The notes under the pieces are model-generated. The model worked only from the letters and a program-made list of their open reading frames with translations. It did no database searches and was not told the DNA's origin. This document shows, piece by piece, positions 1 through 10,159 of a stretch of 62,717 bases of DNA (positions within the stretch are counted from its first letter, which is position 1; each line of letters starts with the position of its first letter). The position numbers and the translations under genes are program-made. Origin of the DNA: Minisyncoccota bacterium. GTDB taxonomy: Bacteria > Patescibacteriota > Minisyncoccia > Phycocordibacterales > XYD1-FULL-46-19. The stretch covers positions 1 to 62,717 of the forward strand of contig JBBABX010000003.1 in assembly GCA_041657405.1 (NCBI GenBank). The letters run 5' to 3'.

Positions 1-127
1 AATTCGATTAATAACTTGCTCCTTAATTTCAGGAGCTATTTTGTATCCTTTCTTTGACATATTATTTATATGTTAATTGTTTCTAATATAGCTTAGAAAG
101 GGTGTGCAAAGAAAGGGGTACCTTTCA
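1..127 (-). mobile_element. Partial IS3-family insertion sequence (terminal repeat plus first 20 codons of orfA) running off the left window edge
   Basis: Minus-strand ATG at 60..58 opens MSKKGYKIAPEIKEQVINRI, similar to the orfA N-terminus MGKFKIDPEVKEQIISRI of the complete IS at 59744..60894. The terminus TGAAAGGTACCCC ends at 127. Bases 2..127 are the exact reverse complement of 62592..62717. Confidence 0.85.
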
Positions 128-978
128 GTTTGTTCTCGCACCTGATCGTATAATTCTTTTGTGATCAGTGGTGTATGTATTCCTTTGTACCAATTGCCAC
201 TTTTTCTAGGAAATTCAAATTCACCATAGTAGAAAGGAGTACATAAGATTTTTTGTATCGTACTCATAGCTAAGTGCTTGTTGTTTTTAGATCTGAAATC
301 CAAATCATCACGAAGCCATCTTCTGATTCTTCTGTGACTCCAACCTTCGGATGCGAGTTGGAATATTTGTTTGACTACGTGAGCACGAATGGGATCAATG
401 ACAACATGACCCTCTTTGCCACGAGTCATGTTGTTCAAATATCCTGTTGGTGCAACTGTGGGCCATAACCCCATCTCAACTTTAGTACGAAGACCACGCT
501 TCACATTGATACTCTTGTTGTCGTTTTCAAGTTTCGCTTGTGAACCAAGAATCATGAGTAAAAACTTTTCATTTGGTGAGTTACTAAACTTTTGATTATA
601 GGTTCGTATTTCAACCAACAAATGGCTGTCCATAAGATCAACCAACACACCGAGATCGCCAGCATTTCTGCTAAGGCGATCTGGATTCCACGTAAGGATG
701 GCGTTAAATTTTCCACTGCGTAGTTCTTCAATCATTTGATTAAAGACAGGACGTTGACCTGAATTTTTTGCAGAGTGAGCTTCTGTTCGCATTGCAACGA
801 CGTAGAGATTATCTCTTTCTGCTATCTGCTTCATTTCTTTAAGTTGTGAATCAATAGACAAAGCTTGCCGTTCTTCGTCTTCCATTGATTTACGAGCATA
901 AAGACAGTACTTAATAACGGGAAGTGGTTTATTTGGTAAGGTCGCATTTCCCTCAGACCTTTCATTTATATTATTCAT
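128..978 (-). pseudogene. Large serine recombinase (resolvase catalytic domain plus recombinase domain), 3' end removed by the IS ending at 127
   Basis: ORF 73..978 carries YARKSMEDEERQALSIDSQ and DRLSRN motifs typical of serine recombinases. The frame runs directly into the IS terminal repeat after ...DQVREQ, and the last 17 residues are IS-encoded. Confidence 0.8.
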
Positions 979-1017
979 ACACTCAAACTCTCTAGAAAAT
1001 GAGTGTCTAAGTCAAAC

Positions 1018-1046
1018 AAAAAAGAGCGAAGTAAATCGCTCTTTTT
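1018..1046. terminator. Bidirectional intrinsic terminator-like hairpin between tRNA-Ser and the recombinase gene
   Basis: The sequence is AAAAAAGAGCGAagtaaaTCGCTCTTTTT: a 7-bp GC-containing stem flanked by an A-run and a T-run. Confidence 0.6.
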
Positions 1047-1118
1047 GTAACTTGATAGGTTTGTGGGTCGCACTAATTACATAAGTAATTAGGTCATGTA
1101 TCTACCAAGTTGTCAATG

Positions 1119-1205
1119 CGGAGGGTAAGAGATTCGAACTCTTGAAGGGGTTTCCCCCTTACCCGCTTTCCAAGCGAGCGCACTAGACCGCTATGCGAAC
1201 CCTCC
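1119..1205 (-). tRNA. tRNA-Ser(GGA), long variable arm
   Basis: The minus strand reads GGAGGGT...CTTGGAAAG (anticodon loop with GGA)...long variable arm GGGTAAGGGGGAAACCCCTTC...GGTTCGAATC T-loop...ACCCTCC+G. Confidence 0.85.
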
Positions 1206-1308
1206 AATCTAAAAATATCCTAACAGATTTTACCCAAAATACAAAAACGTCAAATTCTCAAGCAATTATTTTTTTGAAATTTTTTCTATTGAATTATCTT
1301 TCGTTATT

Positions 1309-1665
1309 TCAGCCCATTGACCGATTATTTTCCCAATATTTCTTTGTTGCCAAATTAGACAAATAACTCAAAAATTTCCCTCGGCTGGAAGAAAGAAAAC
1401 TTTCATTGGCCAAAGAAATTTGATACTCACGAAAATCTTTTTGAAATTCAGCAAAAGAGATACTATTCCCAAAATAATCCTGCGCCAAGTTCCACATTTC
1501 CAAATCCTCTTCGGTTAATTCGTTAACATTAAAGGCTTCTCCAAAAGTTAAGTGGGAAACGTCTTCTTGCCTTATTTCAGTCTGATAAATCTGTTCAAAA
1601 TGTTGACGTAACTCTCCCAAAGATTCAAATTTTTTATTGTTACCGTTTGGTATTTTTTCAAACAT
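1309..1665 (-). CDS. Hypothetical protein (118 aa)
   Basis: ORF track only; no recognisable motif. Confidence 0.5.
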   Translation of the reverse strand: MFEKIPNGNNKKFESLGELRQHFEQIYQTEIRQEDVSHLTFGEAFNVNELTEEDLEMWNLAQDYFGNSISFAEFQKDFREYQISLANESFLSSSRGKFLSYLSNLATKKYWENNRSMG

Positions 1666-1728
1666 AAAAAATTATCGGTTTAGAAATTTTAATCTAGTTT
1701 TAGATATTATATTTTTCAATTTAATTTT

Positions 1729-2613
1729 TTACTTATTCATTAACGCTTTAATTCTTTCTTCTGTTGGCGGATGAGTCATAAAAAGTTTTGATATTCCCCT
1801 TATTGATTTTGCGCCAAAAGGATTGGCAATAAACATATGCGCCGTAGCATTATTTGCTCGCTTGAGTGGTGCCTCGTAATTAGAAATTTTTTGCAACGCC
1901 AAAGCTAAACCTTCAGGATAACGAGTTAAAAGCGCTCCTGAAGCGTCAGCCAAAAATTCTCGTTGTCGTGAAATCGCTAATTGAATCAATTTTGCGATAA
2001 TCGGAGACAAAATTATAAAAATAACTCCCACGATTGCCAACGGATTTTTCCCGCGGTCACGATCGTTTCCCAACCCAAGCCAACTTGATCGGACAAACAT
2101 ATCAGAAATTATTGCCACAAAACCAATTAAAACCACTACAACTGTTTGAAGTAAAATGTCTCTATTGCCAATATGTGATAATTCATGAGCAATAACTCCT
2201 TCTAACTCATTCTTGTCTAAAATATTTAATAAACCACTTGTCACGGCAACAGCAGCGTGGTTTTTATCCCGACCAGTGGCAAAAGCATTCGGAGCCGTAT
2301 CTTCAATAATATAAATCTTTGGCTTGGGCAAACCAGCTGTGATCGCTAGATTTTCCACCAAACGATGTAACTCAATATTCTCTTCACGTAAAATTTCTTT
2401 GGCACCGTTCAATGATAGGGCCACTTTATCAGACCACCAATAACTCGCAAAATTCATAACTAAACTAAAGATTATAGCGCCATACAACAACGCTGGACTG
2501 TCATAGTAATAACTAATAAACCAACCGAGAGCAATAATCACCATCAAAAACACAACCATTAAAAACCAGGTTTTTCTCACGTTTTTATCTTGTTCGGTAT
2601 AAAGCGTGGCCAT
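1729..2613 (-). CDS. htpX: Zinc metalloprotease HtpX (peptidase M48)
   Basis: 294 aa with N-terminal TM helices, an HELSHIGNRD (HExxH) motif and a typical HtpX C-terminus (MTHPPTEERI). Confidence 0.9.
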   Translation of the reverse strand: MATLYTEQDKNVRKTWFLMVVFLMVIIALGWFISYYYDSPALLYGAIIFSLVMNFASYWWSDKVALSLNGAKEILREENIELHRLVENLAITAGLPKPKIYIIEDTAPNAFATGRDKNHAAVAVTSGLLNILDKNELEGVIAHELSHIGNRDILLQTVVVVLIGFVAIISDMFVRSSWLGLGNDRDRGKNPLAIVGVIFIILSPIIAKLIQLAISRQREFLADASGALLTRYPEGLALALQKISNYEAPLKRANNATAHMFIANPFGAKSIRGISKLFMTHPPTEERIKALMNK

Positions 2614-2622
2614 TGTTAAATT

Positions 2623-2820
2623 TTAAACTTTTTGCAATTCAACTTCTCTTTCCGCCTTCAAAATTTTATCCACCATTTTAATTTCTTTCCAGATACCTTC
2701 AATAATATCGTAATCTTTCGCTTCTTCAAACATCACCCATTTATAATCAACCGCACCATCACCCAGTTTAACTTTATCAGAAACACAAGAAGCATAGTAG
2801 CCCAGAATAACTGTCAGCAT
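2623..2820 (-). CDS. Short ORF resembling only the C-terminal part of a NUDIX-type hydrolase; possible gene remnant
   Basis: 65 aa; the ...DYKWVMFEEAKDYDII... pattern resembles NUDIX C-termini, but no Nudix box is present. Confidence 0.3.
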   Translation of the reverse strand: MLTVILGYYASCVSDKVKLGDGAVDYKWVMFEEAKDYDIIEGIWKEIKMVDKILKAEREVELQKV

Positions 2821-2900
2821 AACACCTGGGATAATAAGACTAAGTCAAATAAATATTTCAGTTTGCCAGTTGTTCTTTGCTAATAACTAAAAGTTGAAAC

Positions 2901-3458
2901 CTAAAAGCTAACTTTTACTGGTTCGCGTTCAACGCTTTCGGCTTCCAATTCAAAGAATTCTTTTTTCTCAAATTTGAATAAATTTGCCACAATATTTGAC
3001 GGAAAAGATTCTATTTTGATATTCAAATCGCGAACATTGCCGTTATAGAAACGACGCGCCGCTTGAATTTTGTTTTCCGTGTCAGCTAATTCTGTCTGTA
3101 AACTGGTAAAATTTTCTACCGCACGTAGTTGCGGGTAGGCTTCCGCCACCGCAAAGACACTCTTCAAAGCACCCGCCAATTGATTTTCCGCCTCACCCTT
3201 AGCAGCAGGACCTTCAGCCGATAAAGCTCTAGCTCGCGCTTCGGTTACTTTCTCAAAAACCTCTTTTTCGTGTGTAGCATAACCTTTAATTGTTTCTACC
3301 AAGTTAGGAATCAAATCGTAACGACGTTTAAGTTGGACATCAATATCTGCCCAAGCCTCCTTAACCCTGGCAACCAAAGAAACAAAAGAATTGTAAATAA
3401 TTGCCAGCCAAACGACAACAACAGCAATAATTGCCAAAATAACCCAAAAAATACTCAT
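2901..3458 (-). CDS. lemA: LemA family membrane protein
   Basis: 185 aa with one N-terminal TM helix; RYDLIPNLVETIKGYATHEKEVF and RRFYNGNVRDLN are typical of LemA. It lies adjacent to htpX, as is common. Confidence 0.85.
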   Translation of the reverse strand: MSIFWVILAIIAVVVVWLAIIYNSFVSLVARVKEAWADIDVQLKRRYDLIPNLVETIKGYATHEKEVFEKVTEARARALSAEGPAAKGEAENQLAGALKSVFAVAEAYPQLRAVENFTSLQTELADTENKIQAARRFYNGNVRDLNIKIESFPSNIVANLFKFEKKEFFELEAESVEREPVKVSF

Positions 3459-3568
3459 AGATTTAGATTATAAAAAATAATTAATAAAAAATGAATAAAA
3501 GACGACTTTTTAAATTATAACATTTAATAAGAATAAGATATAGTCTTCATAATCAAACCTTGAAATTT

Positions 3569-3594
3569 AAAAAGAGCTCTTGGGAGCTCTTTTT
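3569..3594. terminator. Intrinsic terminator downstream of groEL
   Basis: AAAAAGAGCTCttggGAGCTCTTTTT, a perfect palindrome flanked by A and T runs. Confidence 0.7.
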
Positions 3595-3622
3595 AAATTA
3601 GCATTTTCTAACTCTGTCTTTT

Positions 3623-5278
3623 TTAATACATTCCCATTCCTCCGCCCATATCACCGCCATGGCTATGAGACTCTTCCTTTTTAGGCTCTTCGGTAATTGC
3701 CACTTCTGTCGTCAACAAGATCGCTGCCGCACTCGCGGCTCGTTCCAAGCCGGTTCTGGTTACTTTGGCAGGATCAATAATTCCTTCTTTAAACATATCT
3801 TCCACTACCACATCAGCATTGGCATCATAACCTTCATTTCCCTTGCCAGCCAAAATTTTATCAATCACCACTGCTGCGTTATCTTTACCGGCATTTAAAA
3901 CGATTTGTTCAATCGGCGATTTAAGTGAGTGAAGCAAAATTTTTACCCCAGCTTCAAATTCAGCGGCAATATCTTCCGATGGGGCATTTATTTTACTCAT
4001 AACCACTTTGGCCCCCGCCTTAATCAAAGCCGTCCCGCCGCCAGGAACAATTCCTTCATCAATCGCTGCCTTAGTCGCCGCTACCGCATCATCAATTTTT
4101 AATTTCTTATATTTCATCTCTGCTTCAGTTGTCGCACCAACTTTGATCACCGCTACTCCACCTGATAATTTACCCAGTCGTTCTCGTAATTTATCTTTAT
4201 CATAAGATGAATCTGAAACTTCTATTTGTTTTTTAATCGTCGCAACTCGTTCTTCAATATCAGACTTTTTACCCTTGCCCCCCACCACGGTCGTTGCATC
4301 CTTAGTCGCAATTATTCGTCTAGCTCGCCCCAACATATTTGGTTCAACATTTTCTAATTTAATACCAACCTCTTCAGAGATAAGTGTCCCCCCAGTCAAA
4401 GTGGCAATATCTCCCAACATTTCTTTTTTGCGATCGCCATAACCTGGCGCCTTAACCGCCAAAACATTAAAGGTGCCTCGCAATTTGTTGACGACAAAAG
4501 TCGTTAAAGCCTCACCATCAACATCATCGGCAATGATTACCAATTCTTTTCGGCCAGCGCTAGCTAATTTTTCCAATAGAGGTAAGATTTCTTTTATCGT
4601 AGAAATCTTTTTATCGGTAATCAAAATTGCCGAGTCTTCGTAAACCGCCTCCATTCGTTCAGCGTCAGTAATCATATACGGCGATACATAACCCTTATCA
4701 AACTGCATCCCTTCTACAAATTCTGATTCCACTTCAAACGATTGTGATTCTTCAACAGTCACAACGCCATCCTTGCCAACTTTTTCAATCGCATCGGCAA
4801 TAATCTTGCCAAATTCCTCTGACTCGGCTGAAATAGTTGCTACTTGAACAATTTCATTTTTATCCTTAATCGGTTTGGCCATAGTTTTTAGTTCTTTGAC
4901 TACTTTGGCCGCCGCCGCCTCTATTCCAGCCTTGACTCCCATTGCATTGACTCCCAAGGTTGTCTTTTTAAACCCTTCTTCAACTATCGCTTGAGTTAGA
5001 ATAACTGCTGTCGTCGTGCCATCACCGGCAATATCATTAGTTTTGCTAGCGACATCTTTGATAATTTCTGCGCCCATATTCTCCACTTTATCAGTCAAGG
5101 TGATTTCCTTGGCGATAGACACTCCATCATTAGTAATTGTTGGCGCACCATAACCCTTATCCAAAACCGCATTTCGCCCCTTGGGACCAATAGTAATTTT
5201 AACGGCATTAGCAACTTGATCTATACCTCTTTTCAAGGCCTTGCGCGCGTCATCATTGAATGTAATTTGTTTTGCCAT
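3623..5278 (-). CDS. groL: Chaperonin GroEL
   Basis: 551 aa; [14 protein letters not shown]...GDGTTTA...C-terminal [11 protein letters not shown]. Confidence 0.98.
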   Translation of the reverse strand: MAKQITFNDDARKALKRGIDQVANAVKITIGPKGRNAVLDKGYGAPTITNDGVSIAKEITLTDKVENMGAEIIKDVASKTNDIAGDGTTTAVILTQAIVEEGFKKTTLGVNAMGVKAGIEAAAAKVVKELKTMAKPIKDKNEIVQVATISAESEEFGKIIADAIEKVGKDGVVTVEESQSFEVESEFVEGMQFDKGYVSPYMITDAERMEAVYEDSAILITDKKISTIKEILPLLEKLASAGRKELVIIADDVDGEALTTFVVNKLRGTFNVLAVKAPGYGDRKKEMLGDIATLTGGTLISEEVGIKLENVEPNMLGRARRIIATKDATTVVGGKGKKSDIEERVATIKKQIEVSDSSYDKDKLRERLGKLSGGVAVIKVGATTEAEMKYKKLKIDDAVAATKAAIDEGIVPGGGTALIKAGAKVVMSKINAPSEDIAAEFEAGVKILLHSLKSPIEQIVLNAGKDNAAVVIDKILAGKGNEGYDANADVVVEDMFKEGIIDPAKVTRTGLERAASAAAILLTTEVAITEEPKKEESHSHGGDMGGGMGMY

Positions 5279-5327
5279 ATTCGTAATTTAAAAATTAAAA
5301 TTTACAACAATAAATAATATAAATAAT

Positions 5328-5639
5328 CTAGTCTTCAATCACTGCCAAAATAGAGGATTCAGAAACAATTAAATATTCTTTGTCGTCAATTTTGACTTCA
5401 TCAGGACCATATTTGGAAAATATAACCTTTTGACCTTTCTTAACCGCAACCGGCATTAAGGTGCCATCTTCTAAACGATGACCTTCCCCAACCGCGACCA
5501 CAACCCCTTCTTCTGGCCTTTCCTTAGAAACAGTTTCAGGGATGATAATACCACTTTTAGTTTTGCCGGTTTTGTCTTCTTCTTTTTTTATTTCCACCAA
5601 AACTCGGTCACCTAATGGTTTTATGCTTATTTTTGCCAT
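5328..5639 (-). CDS. groS: Co-chaperonin GroES
   Basis: 103 aa; IKPLGDRVLV...; immediately upstream of groEL. Confidence 0.97.
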   Translation of the reverse strand: MAKISIKPLGDRVLVEIKKEEDKTGKTKSGIIIPETVSKERPEEGVVVAVGEGHRLEDGTLMPVAVKKGQKVIFSKYGPDEVKIDDKEYLIVSESSILAVIED

Positions 5640-6051
5640 ATCAATTACAAGTTAAAAATTAAATAATAAAAAAATAAAATATTAATAATAAGAACCAAAA
5701 CAACACAAAATAATTACATTTTAAGTTTGATTTTTCGCATAATTCACATAACTTAAAAAGCTCTTGTCAAGTCAGACTGAAGAACTTGTCTTATTTTATC
5801 TTATAAAGATGCTTTAAATTCGACCTCTAAAGCTATATTAATTTAAATTATAACAAAAAAATATTCTAAATCAAGAGGAAAAAATCACAAATAATTTAGC
5901 TCTAATTTGAAAAATACCAAACCTTAATCTTTTTTCTTCTTTTTTTGTGAATTTTGTGAATTATTTTTGTTTTTTAGAATCAAATTTTGTTTGACAACTT
6001 TTGACCTTCATTCTTATTGACTTTTCCCGACTCCCTGCTATACTTTATTTG

Positions 6052-6282
6052 ATGTTGCTTTTATCTAGTTATTTACCTTGGATTCAAATCGTCCTTTCCG
6101 CCTTGTTGGTCGGGGCAATTTTGTTACAACAAAATGAAGCCGGGCTCGGCAACGCCTTTGGCGGCGGTCAGGCAAACACCCCAAGTCATACCAAGCGCGG
6201 GTTAGAAAAACACTTATTCAACATTACAATCATCATCGCAATTCTTTTTGTTGCTTCAACCTTTTTGGCTCTATTTGTGTAA
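6052..6282 (+). CDS. secG: Preprotein translocase subunit SecG
   Basis: Two TM helices with LLQQNEAGLGNAFGGG between them. The ATG at 6052 is preferred over the TTG at 6001. Confidence 0.75.
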   Translation: MLLLSSYLPWIQIVLSALLVGAILLQQNEAGLGNAFGGGQANTPSHTKRGLEKHLFNITIIIAILFVASTFLALFV

Positions 6283-6391
6283 TTTTTATACTCTGTAAAA
6301 TTTTAACTCAGAAAATTTCTTATTTTTAATTTGCAAAATTCTCCCAGTTTTAATTTGCCATAATCTATTTAAATTATTAAATTAATTCTTT

Positions 6392-8119
6392 ATGTTACCA
6401 AAACTAAAAACGACCCTAATCAAAGAGGCGCGCTTCGCGTTTGATTGTTTGTCTTCTCATCAAAAAAACCTTTTTATCATTTTAGCTATTTTTTTTATCA
6501 GTAGTTTAGCTATTTTGGCTTGGCGTATAAACCAAAATTTTATGGTTACTGTTCCAACCGAAGGAGGCTCTCTAACCGAAGGAGTCATCGGCTCAGCTCG
6601 ATTCGTCAATCCTCTTTTGGCAATTTCTGATGCCGACAGAGATATTTCTGCCCTTATTTATTCTGGATTATTGCGAATCGAAAGCAATGGTAATTTTATT
6701 CCCGACTTAGCCAAAAGTTACGAGGTATCTGATGATAAATTAGCTTACACTTTCCATCTAAAAGATGACCTCTATTTTCATGATGGCACACCACTAACCG
6801 CAGAAGATATTCGTTTCACTATAGAAAAAGCCATGGATTCAGAAATAAAAAGCGCCAAAAGAGCAAATTGGAATGGTGTTACTATAGAACAACCAGACAA
6901 AAAAACCATCCAATTTATATTAAAGAAGCCTTACCCAGCCTTTTTGGAAAACACAACTCTCGGAATCTTGCCCAAACACTTATGGGAAAAAACTTCAGCC
7001 GAATCGTTTCCTCTGCACGAACAAAATTTGCAAGCGATTGGTTCTGGTCCTTATCAAATATCTAAAATAGACAAAGACTCAAGCAATATCCCCACAGCTT
7101 ACAAACTTGAGCCCTTTACCAATTTTGCATTAGGTAAACCACGCATCAAAAACATCATCCTTCGTTTTTATAAGAATGAAAAAGAACTGATTGAAGCTTA
7201 CCAGGAAGGAGAAATTGACAGTCTAAATTCTATTTCTCCAGCCTTAATTAAAGAATTAGAAGATTCGGGTAAATACGTAATCAAATCTACTCTTCCAAGA
7301 ATTTTCGCTGTTTTCTTTAACCAAAATCACAACCCGATTTTTTTGGATTCATCAGTTCGCCAAGCTCTAAGCTTATTTTTGCCTAGAAAAAAAATTGTAG
7401 AAGATATTTTTTATGGCTATGCCGAACCCTTGGACGGAATCTTTACCTCAAAAGAAGAAAAAATAACCGAAACCGATTTAACTACAGCCAAAAAAATCTT
7501 GACTGATGCTGGTTGGAAATTAAATGAAAAAAATATTTTACAAAAAACAGTCAAAGATTCTAAAGGCAAAACAACCGGAACACAAACCCTAACTTTTTCA
7601 TTAGTCACTTCTAATATAGAAGAATTAAAACAAATTGCCGAAAAACTAAAAACAAATTGGACCGCCCTTGGCGCTAAAGTAGAAATTAAAGTCTATGAAC
7701 CAAATGATTTAAATCAAAACGTAATCAGACCACGCAAATATGACGCTCTGCTCTTTGGGGAAGTAATGGGGCGCGATAGCAATCCATATCCTTTTTGGCA
7801 TTCTTCACAACGAACAGACCCCGGTTTAAACATTGCAATGTACACCAATGCTAAAGTTGATCGCCTATTAGATGAAGCCAAACAATTATCCGACAGCGCC
7901 GCGCGAATAAAGAAATATTTAGAAATTGAAACCGAAATAAAAAAAGATGTTCCCGTTGCCTTTATTTATTCACCTTATTTTCTGTATCTCCTGCCTCAAA
8001 ATATTATGGGTGTTTCTTTGCCAACTTTGACCAACCCCTCAGAACGCTTTGTTAACGTCTATAAGTGGTACACCCAAACCGACAAAGTTTGGCCAATTTT
8101 TGAAAAATTCTATCACTAA
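6392..8119 (+). CDS. ABC transporter substrate-binding protein, family 5 (peptide/nickel type), membrane-anchored
   Basis: 575 aa with an N-terminal TM helix and a DppA/OppA-like core (LLRIESNGNFIPDLA..., YFHDGTPLTAEDI). Confidence 0.8.
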   Translation: MLPKLKTTLIKEARFAFDCLSSHQKNLFIILAIFFISSLAILAWRINQNFMVTVPTEGGSLTEGVIGSARFVNPLLAISDADRDISALIYSGLLRIESNGNFIPDLAKSYEVSDDKLAYTFHLKDDLYFHDGTPLTAEDIRFTIEKAMDSEIKSAKRANWNGVTIEQPDKKTIQFILKKPYPAFLENTTLGILPKHLWEKTSAESFPLHEQNLQAIGSGPYQISKIDKDSSNIPTAYKLEPFTNFALGKPRIKNIILRFYKNEKELIEAYQEGEIDSLNSISPALIKELEDSGKYVIKSTLPRIFAVFFNQNHNPIFLDSSVRQALSLFLPRKKIVEDIFYGYAEPLDGIFTSKEEKITETDLTTAKKILTDAGWKLNEKNILQKTVKDSKGKTTGTQTLTFSLVTSNIEELKQIAEKLKTNWTALGAKVEIKVYEPNDLNQNVIRPRKYDALLFGEVMGRDSNPYPFWHSSQRTDPGLNIAMYTNAKVDRLLDEAKQLSDSAARIKKYLEIETEIKKDVPVAFIYSPYFLYLLPQNIMGVSLPTLTNPSERFVNVYKWYTQTDKVWPIFEKFYH

Positions 8120-8190
8120 AAACAAACTCATTATTAAACTTAAAAATAAAAGCAATATTTTATTTGCTCAATTAAATAATTAACTTTTCT

Positions 8191-10074
8191 ATGACTATTA
8201 AGAGAATCAGGGTTGATGCTAGTGGCAATGTAGAAACTTTTGTCGTCAACAAAAAAAACAAAACAAAAACCTCTGGCAAAAATAATCCCCCACACACAAC
8301 CCCCAGCAAAAAAACAACTACCAGGAATTACGGCTCTAAATCTAATCGACCAAACAGACAACCAGAAAATAAAATCAAAATAAAAATCCCCCCTGTCTCC
8401 CCAGGTGTTATTAGAATCATTCCACTTGGCGGAGTAGAAGAAGTTGGCAAAAATATGACAGCAGTCGAATTCGGCAACGATATAATCGTTATTGATATTG
8501 GTCTAACTTTTCCAGGCGAAGAAGCTCCAGGCGTAGATTATATTATTGCTGACCCAACCTATCTTGAAGAGCGAAAATCAAAAATTCGCGGAGTCGTCAT
8601 CACCCACGGACATTTGGACCATATCGGAGGGATTCCTTATGTGATGTCTCGTATCGGCAATCCGCCAATTTACACCTCTCTCCTTTCAGCAGTAATGATA
8701 AAAAAACGTCAAGAAGAATTTCCCCACCTGCCAGCTTTGAATATCAATGTTGTTAGTGAAAAAGATAAAATAAAATTAGGTAATTTGTCCATTCGATTTT
8801 TTGCCACCACCCATACTATTCCAGACTCTATTGGCATTATTGTGGAAACTCCCTACGGTAATGTGATTTTTACTGGCGATTTAAAAGTAGAAAATACTGA
8901 CGGCAAACCAGAAGAGTTTGAAAAAGAACGTTTTGCCAAACTTGGCGCTGAAAAAAATTTACTTTTAGTAGCAGACTCCACCAATGTAGAGAGACCTGGT
9001 TTTTCTTATCCTGAAAAAGAAGTTCAAAAAAATGTAAAAGAAATCATCAATGCCGCCAAGGGACGAGTTATTATTGGCACTTTTGCTTCTCTCTTTGACC
9101 GCATTATCGCCATTATTGAAGCTTGTGAAGAACTCGGCAAAAAAGTAGCCATTGAGGGGCGAGCAATGAAAACAAACATTGAAATTGCTAAGGAATTGGG
9201 CTATCTAAAGACCAAACATGGCACCTTTATCACTTCTGATGAATCAGTCAATTTGCCAGATAATCAAATTGTTATTTTAGCTACCGGCGCTCAAGGAGAT
9301 GAATACGCCGCTTTGATGCGTATTTCTCAAAAAGAACACAAGCACGTCAAAATCAAAAAGGGGGACACCGTTCTTTTGTCATCATCAGTTATTCCAGGCA
9401 ATGAAAAAGCGGTCCAACGCCTAAAAGATAACCTGGCTCGACAGGGTGCTAAAATTGTTCACTACGGTATTGCTAATGTCCACTCTTCGGGCCATTCTTA
9501 CCAAGATGAAATTGCTTGGGTTAATAAGATGCTTAAACCGCGTTTTCTTTTGCCAGTCCACGGACATCAATCTATGCTTTATGTTCACGCTGATATGGCA
9601 CACGAAATAATCGGGATGCCTGAAAAAAATATCGTTGTGCCAGAAAACGGCACGATTGTAGAGATTTCTGATAAGGGTCAAAAAATTACCAAACTCAAAA
9701 AAATGGCTTCAGCCAAATTGGTAATGGTAGATGGACTTGGAGTCGGAAATGTGCAAGAAGTTGTTATCCGTGACCGACAAATGTTAGCTCAAGATGGGAT
9801 GTTTGTTTTGATTGCCATTATTGATATCAAGACAGGCAAGGTTCGAAAATCTCCAGATATTATCTCACGAGGATTTGTTTATCTAAAAGAGTCACAAGAC
9901 CTCTTACGTTATGTCCGTCTTCTAACAAAAAAGACGATTGAAAACGCTACCGCTCAAATGCATCCCATTAACCTGGATTATGTCAAAAATAATGTCCGTG
10001 AAGAATTGGGTAAATACCTCTTCCAAAAAACTCACAAGAGACCAATCATTCTGCCTGTTTTGATAGAAGTCTAA
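8191..10074 (+). CDS. rnj: Ribonuclease J with a basic low-complexity N-terminal extension
   Basis: 627 aa; metallo-beta-lactamase HGHLDHIGG, beta-CASP region and an RNase J C-terminal domain. Confidence 0.9.
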   Translation: MTIKRIRVDASGNVETFVVNKKNKTKTSGKNNPPHTTPSKKTTTRNYGSKSNRPNRQPENKIKIKIPPVSPGVIRIIPLGGVEEVGKNMTAVEFGNDIIVIDIGLTFPGEEAPGVDYIIADPTYLEERKSKIRGVVITHGHLDHIGGIPYVMSRIGNPPIYTSLLSAVMIKKRQEEFPHLPALNINVVSEKDKIKLGNLSIRFFATTHTIPDSIGIIVETPYGNVIFTGDLKVENTDGKPEEFEKERFAKLGAEKNLLLVADSTNVERPGFSYPEKEVQKNVKEIINAAKGRVIIGTFASLFDRIIAIIEACEELGKKVAIEGRAMKTNIEIAKELGYLKTKHGTFITSDESVNLPDNQIVILATGAQGDEYAALMRISQKEHKHVKIKKGDTVLLSSSVIPGNEKAVQRLKDNLARQGAKIVHYGIANVHSSGHSYQDEIAWVNKMLKPRFLLPVHGHQSMLYVHADMAHEIIGMPEKNIVVPENGTIVEISDKGQKITKLKKMASAKLVMVDGLGVGNVQEVVIRDRQMLAQDGMFVLIAIIDIKTGKVRKSPDIISRGFVYLKESQDLLRYVRLLTKKTIENATAQMHPINLDYVKNNVREELGKYLFQKTHKRPIILPVLIEV

Positions 10075-10159
10075 AAATAAATCAAAATTAAAAAATCTCT
10101 AAAAATGTTATTTTGTTGGTAAATTTTTTATCATTGTCACTTGTGTTATAATCTAATTT

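Noticed and set aside
999-1013. A 10-nt match (GAGTGTCTAA) between the recombinase upstream region and the inner part of the IS right end (60867..60876)
   Set aside because: The match is too short to distinguish from chance in a 62 kb AT-rich window, and there is no extended similarity.
3659-4205. Plus-strand ORFs inside groEL, and similar antisense or out-of-frame ORFs inside the helicase, typA, ligA, pilB and others
   Set aside because: They are fully embedded in strongly supported genes on the opposite strand or in another frame, with no motifs.
5640-6000. CIRCE/HrcA operator upstream of groES
   Set aside because: I looked for TTAGCACTC-N9-GAGTGCTAA and found no convincing match.
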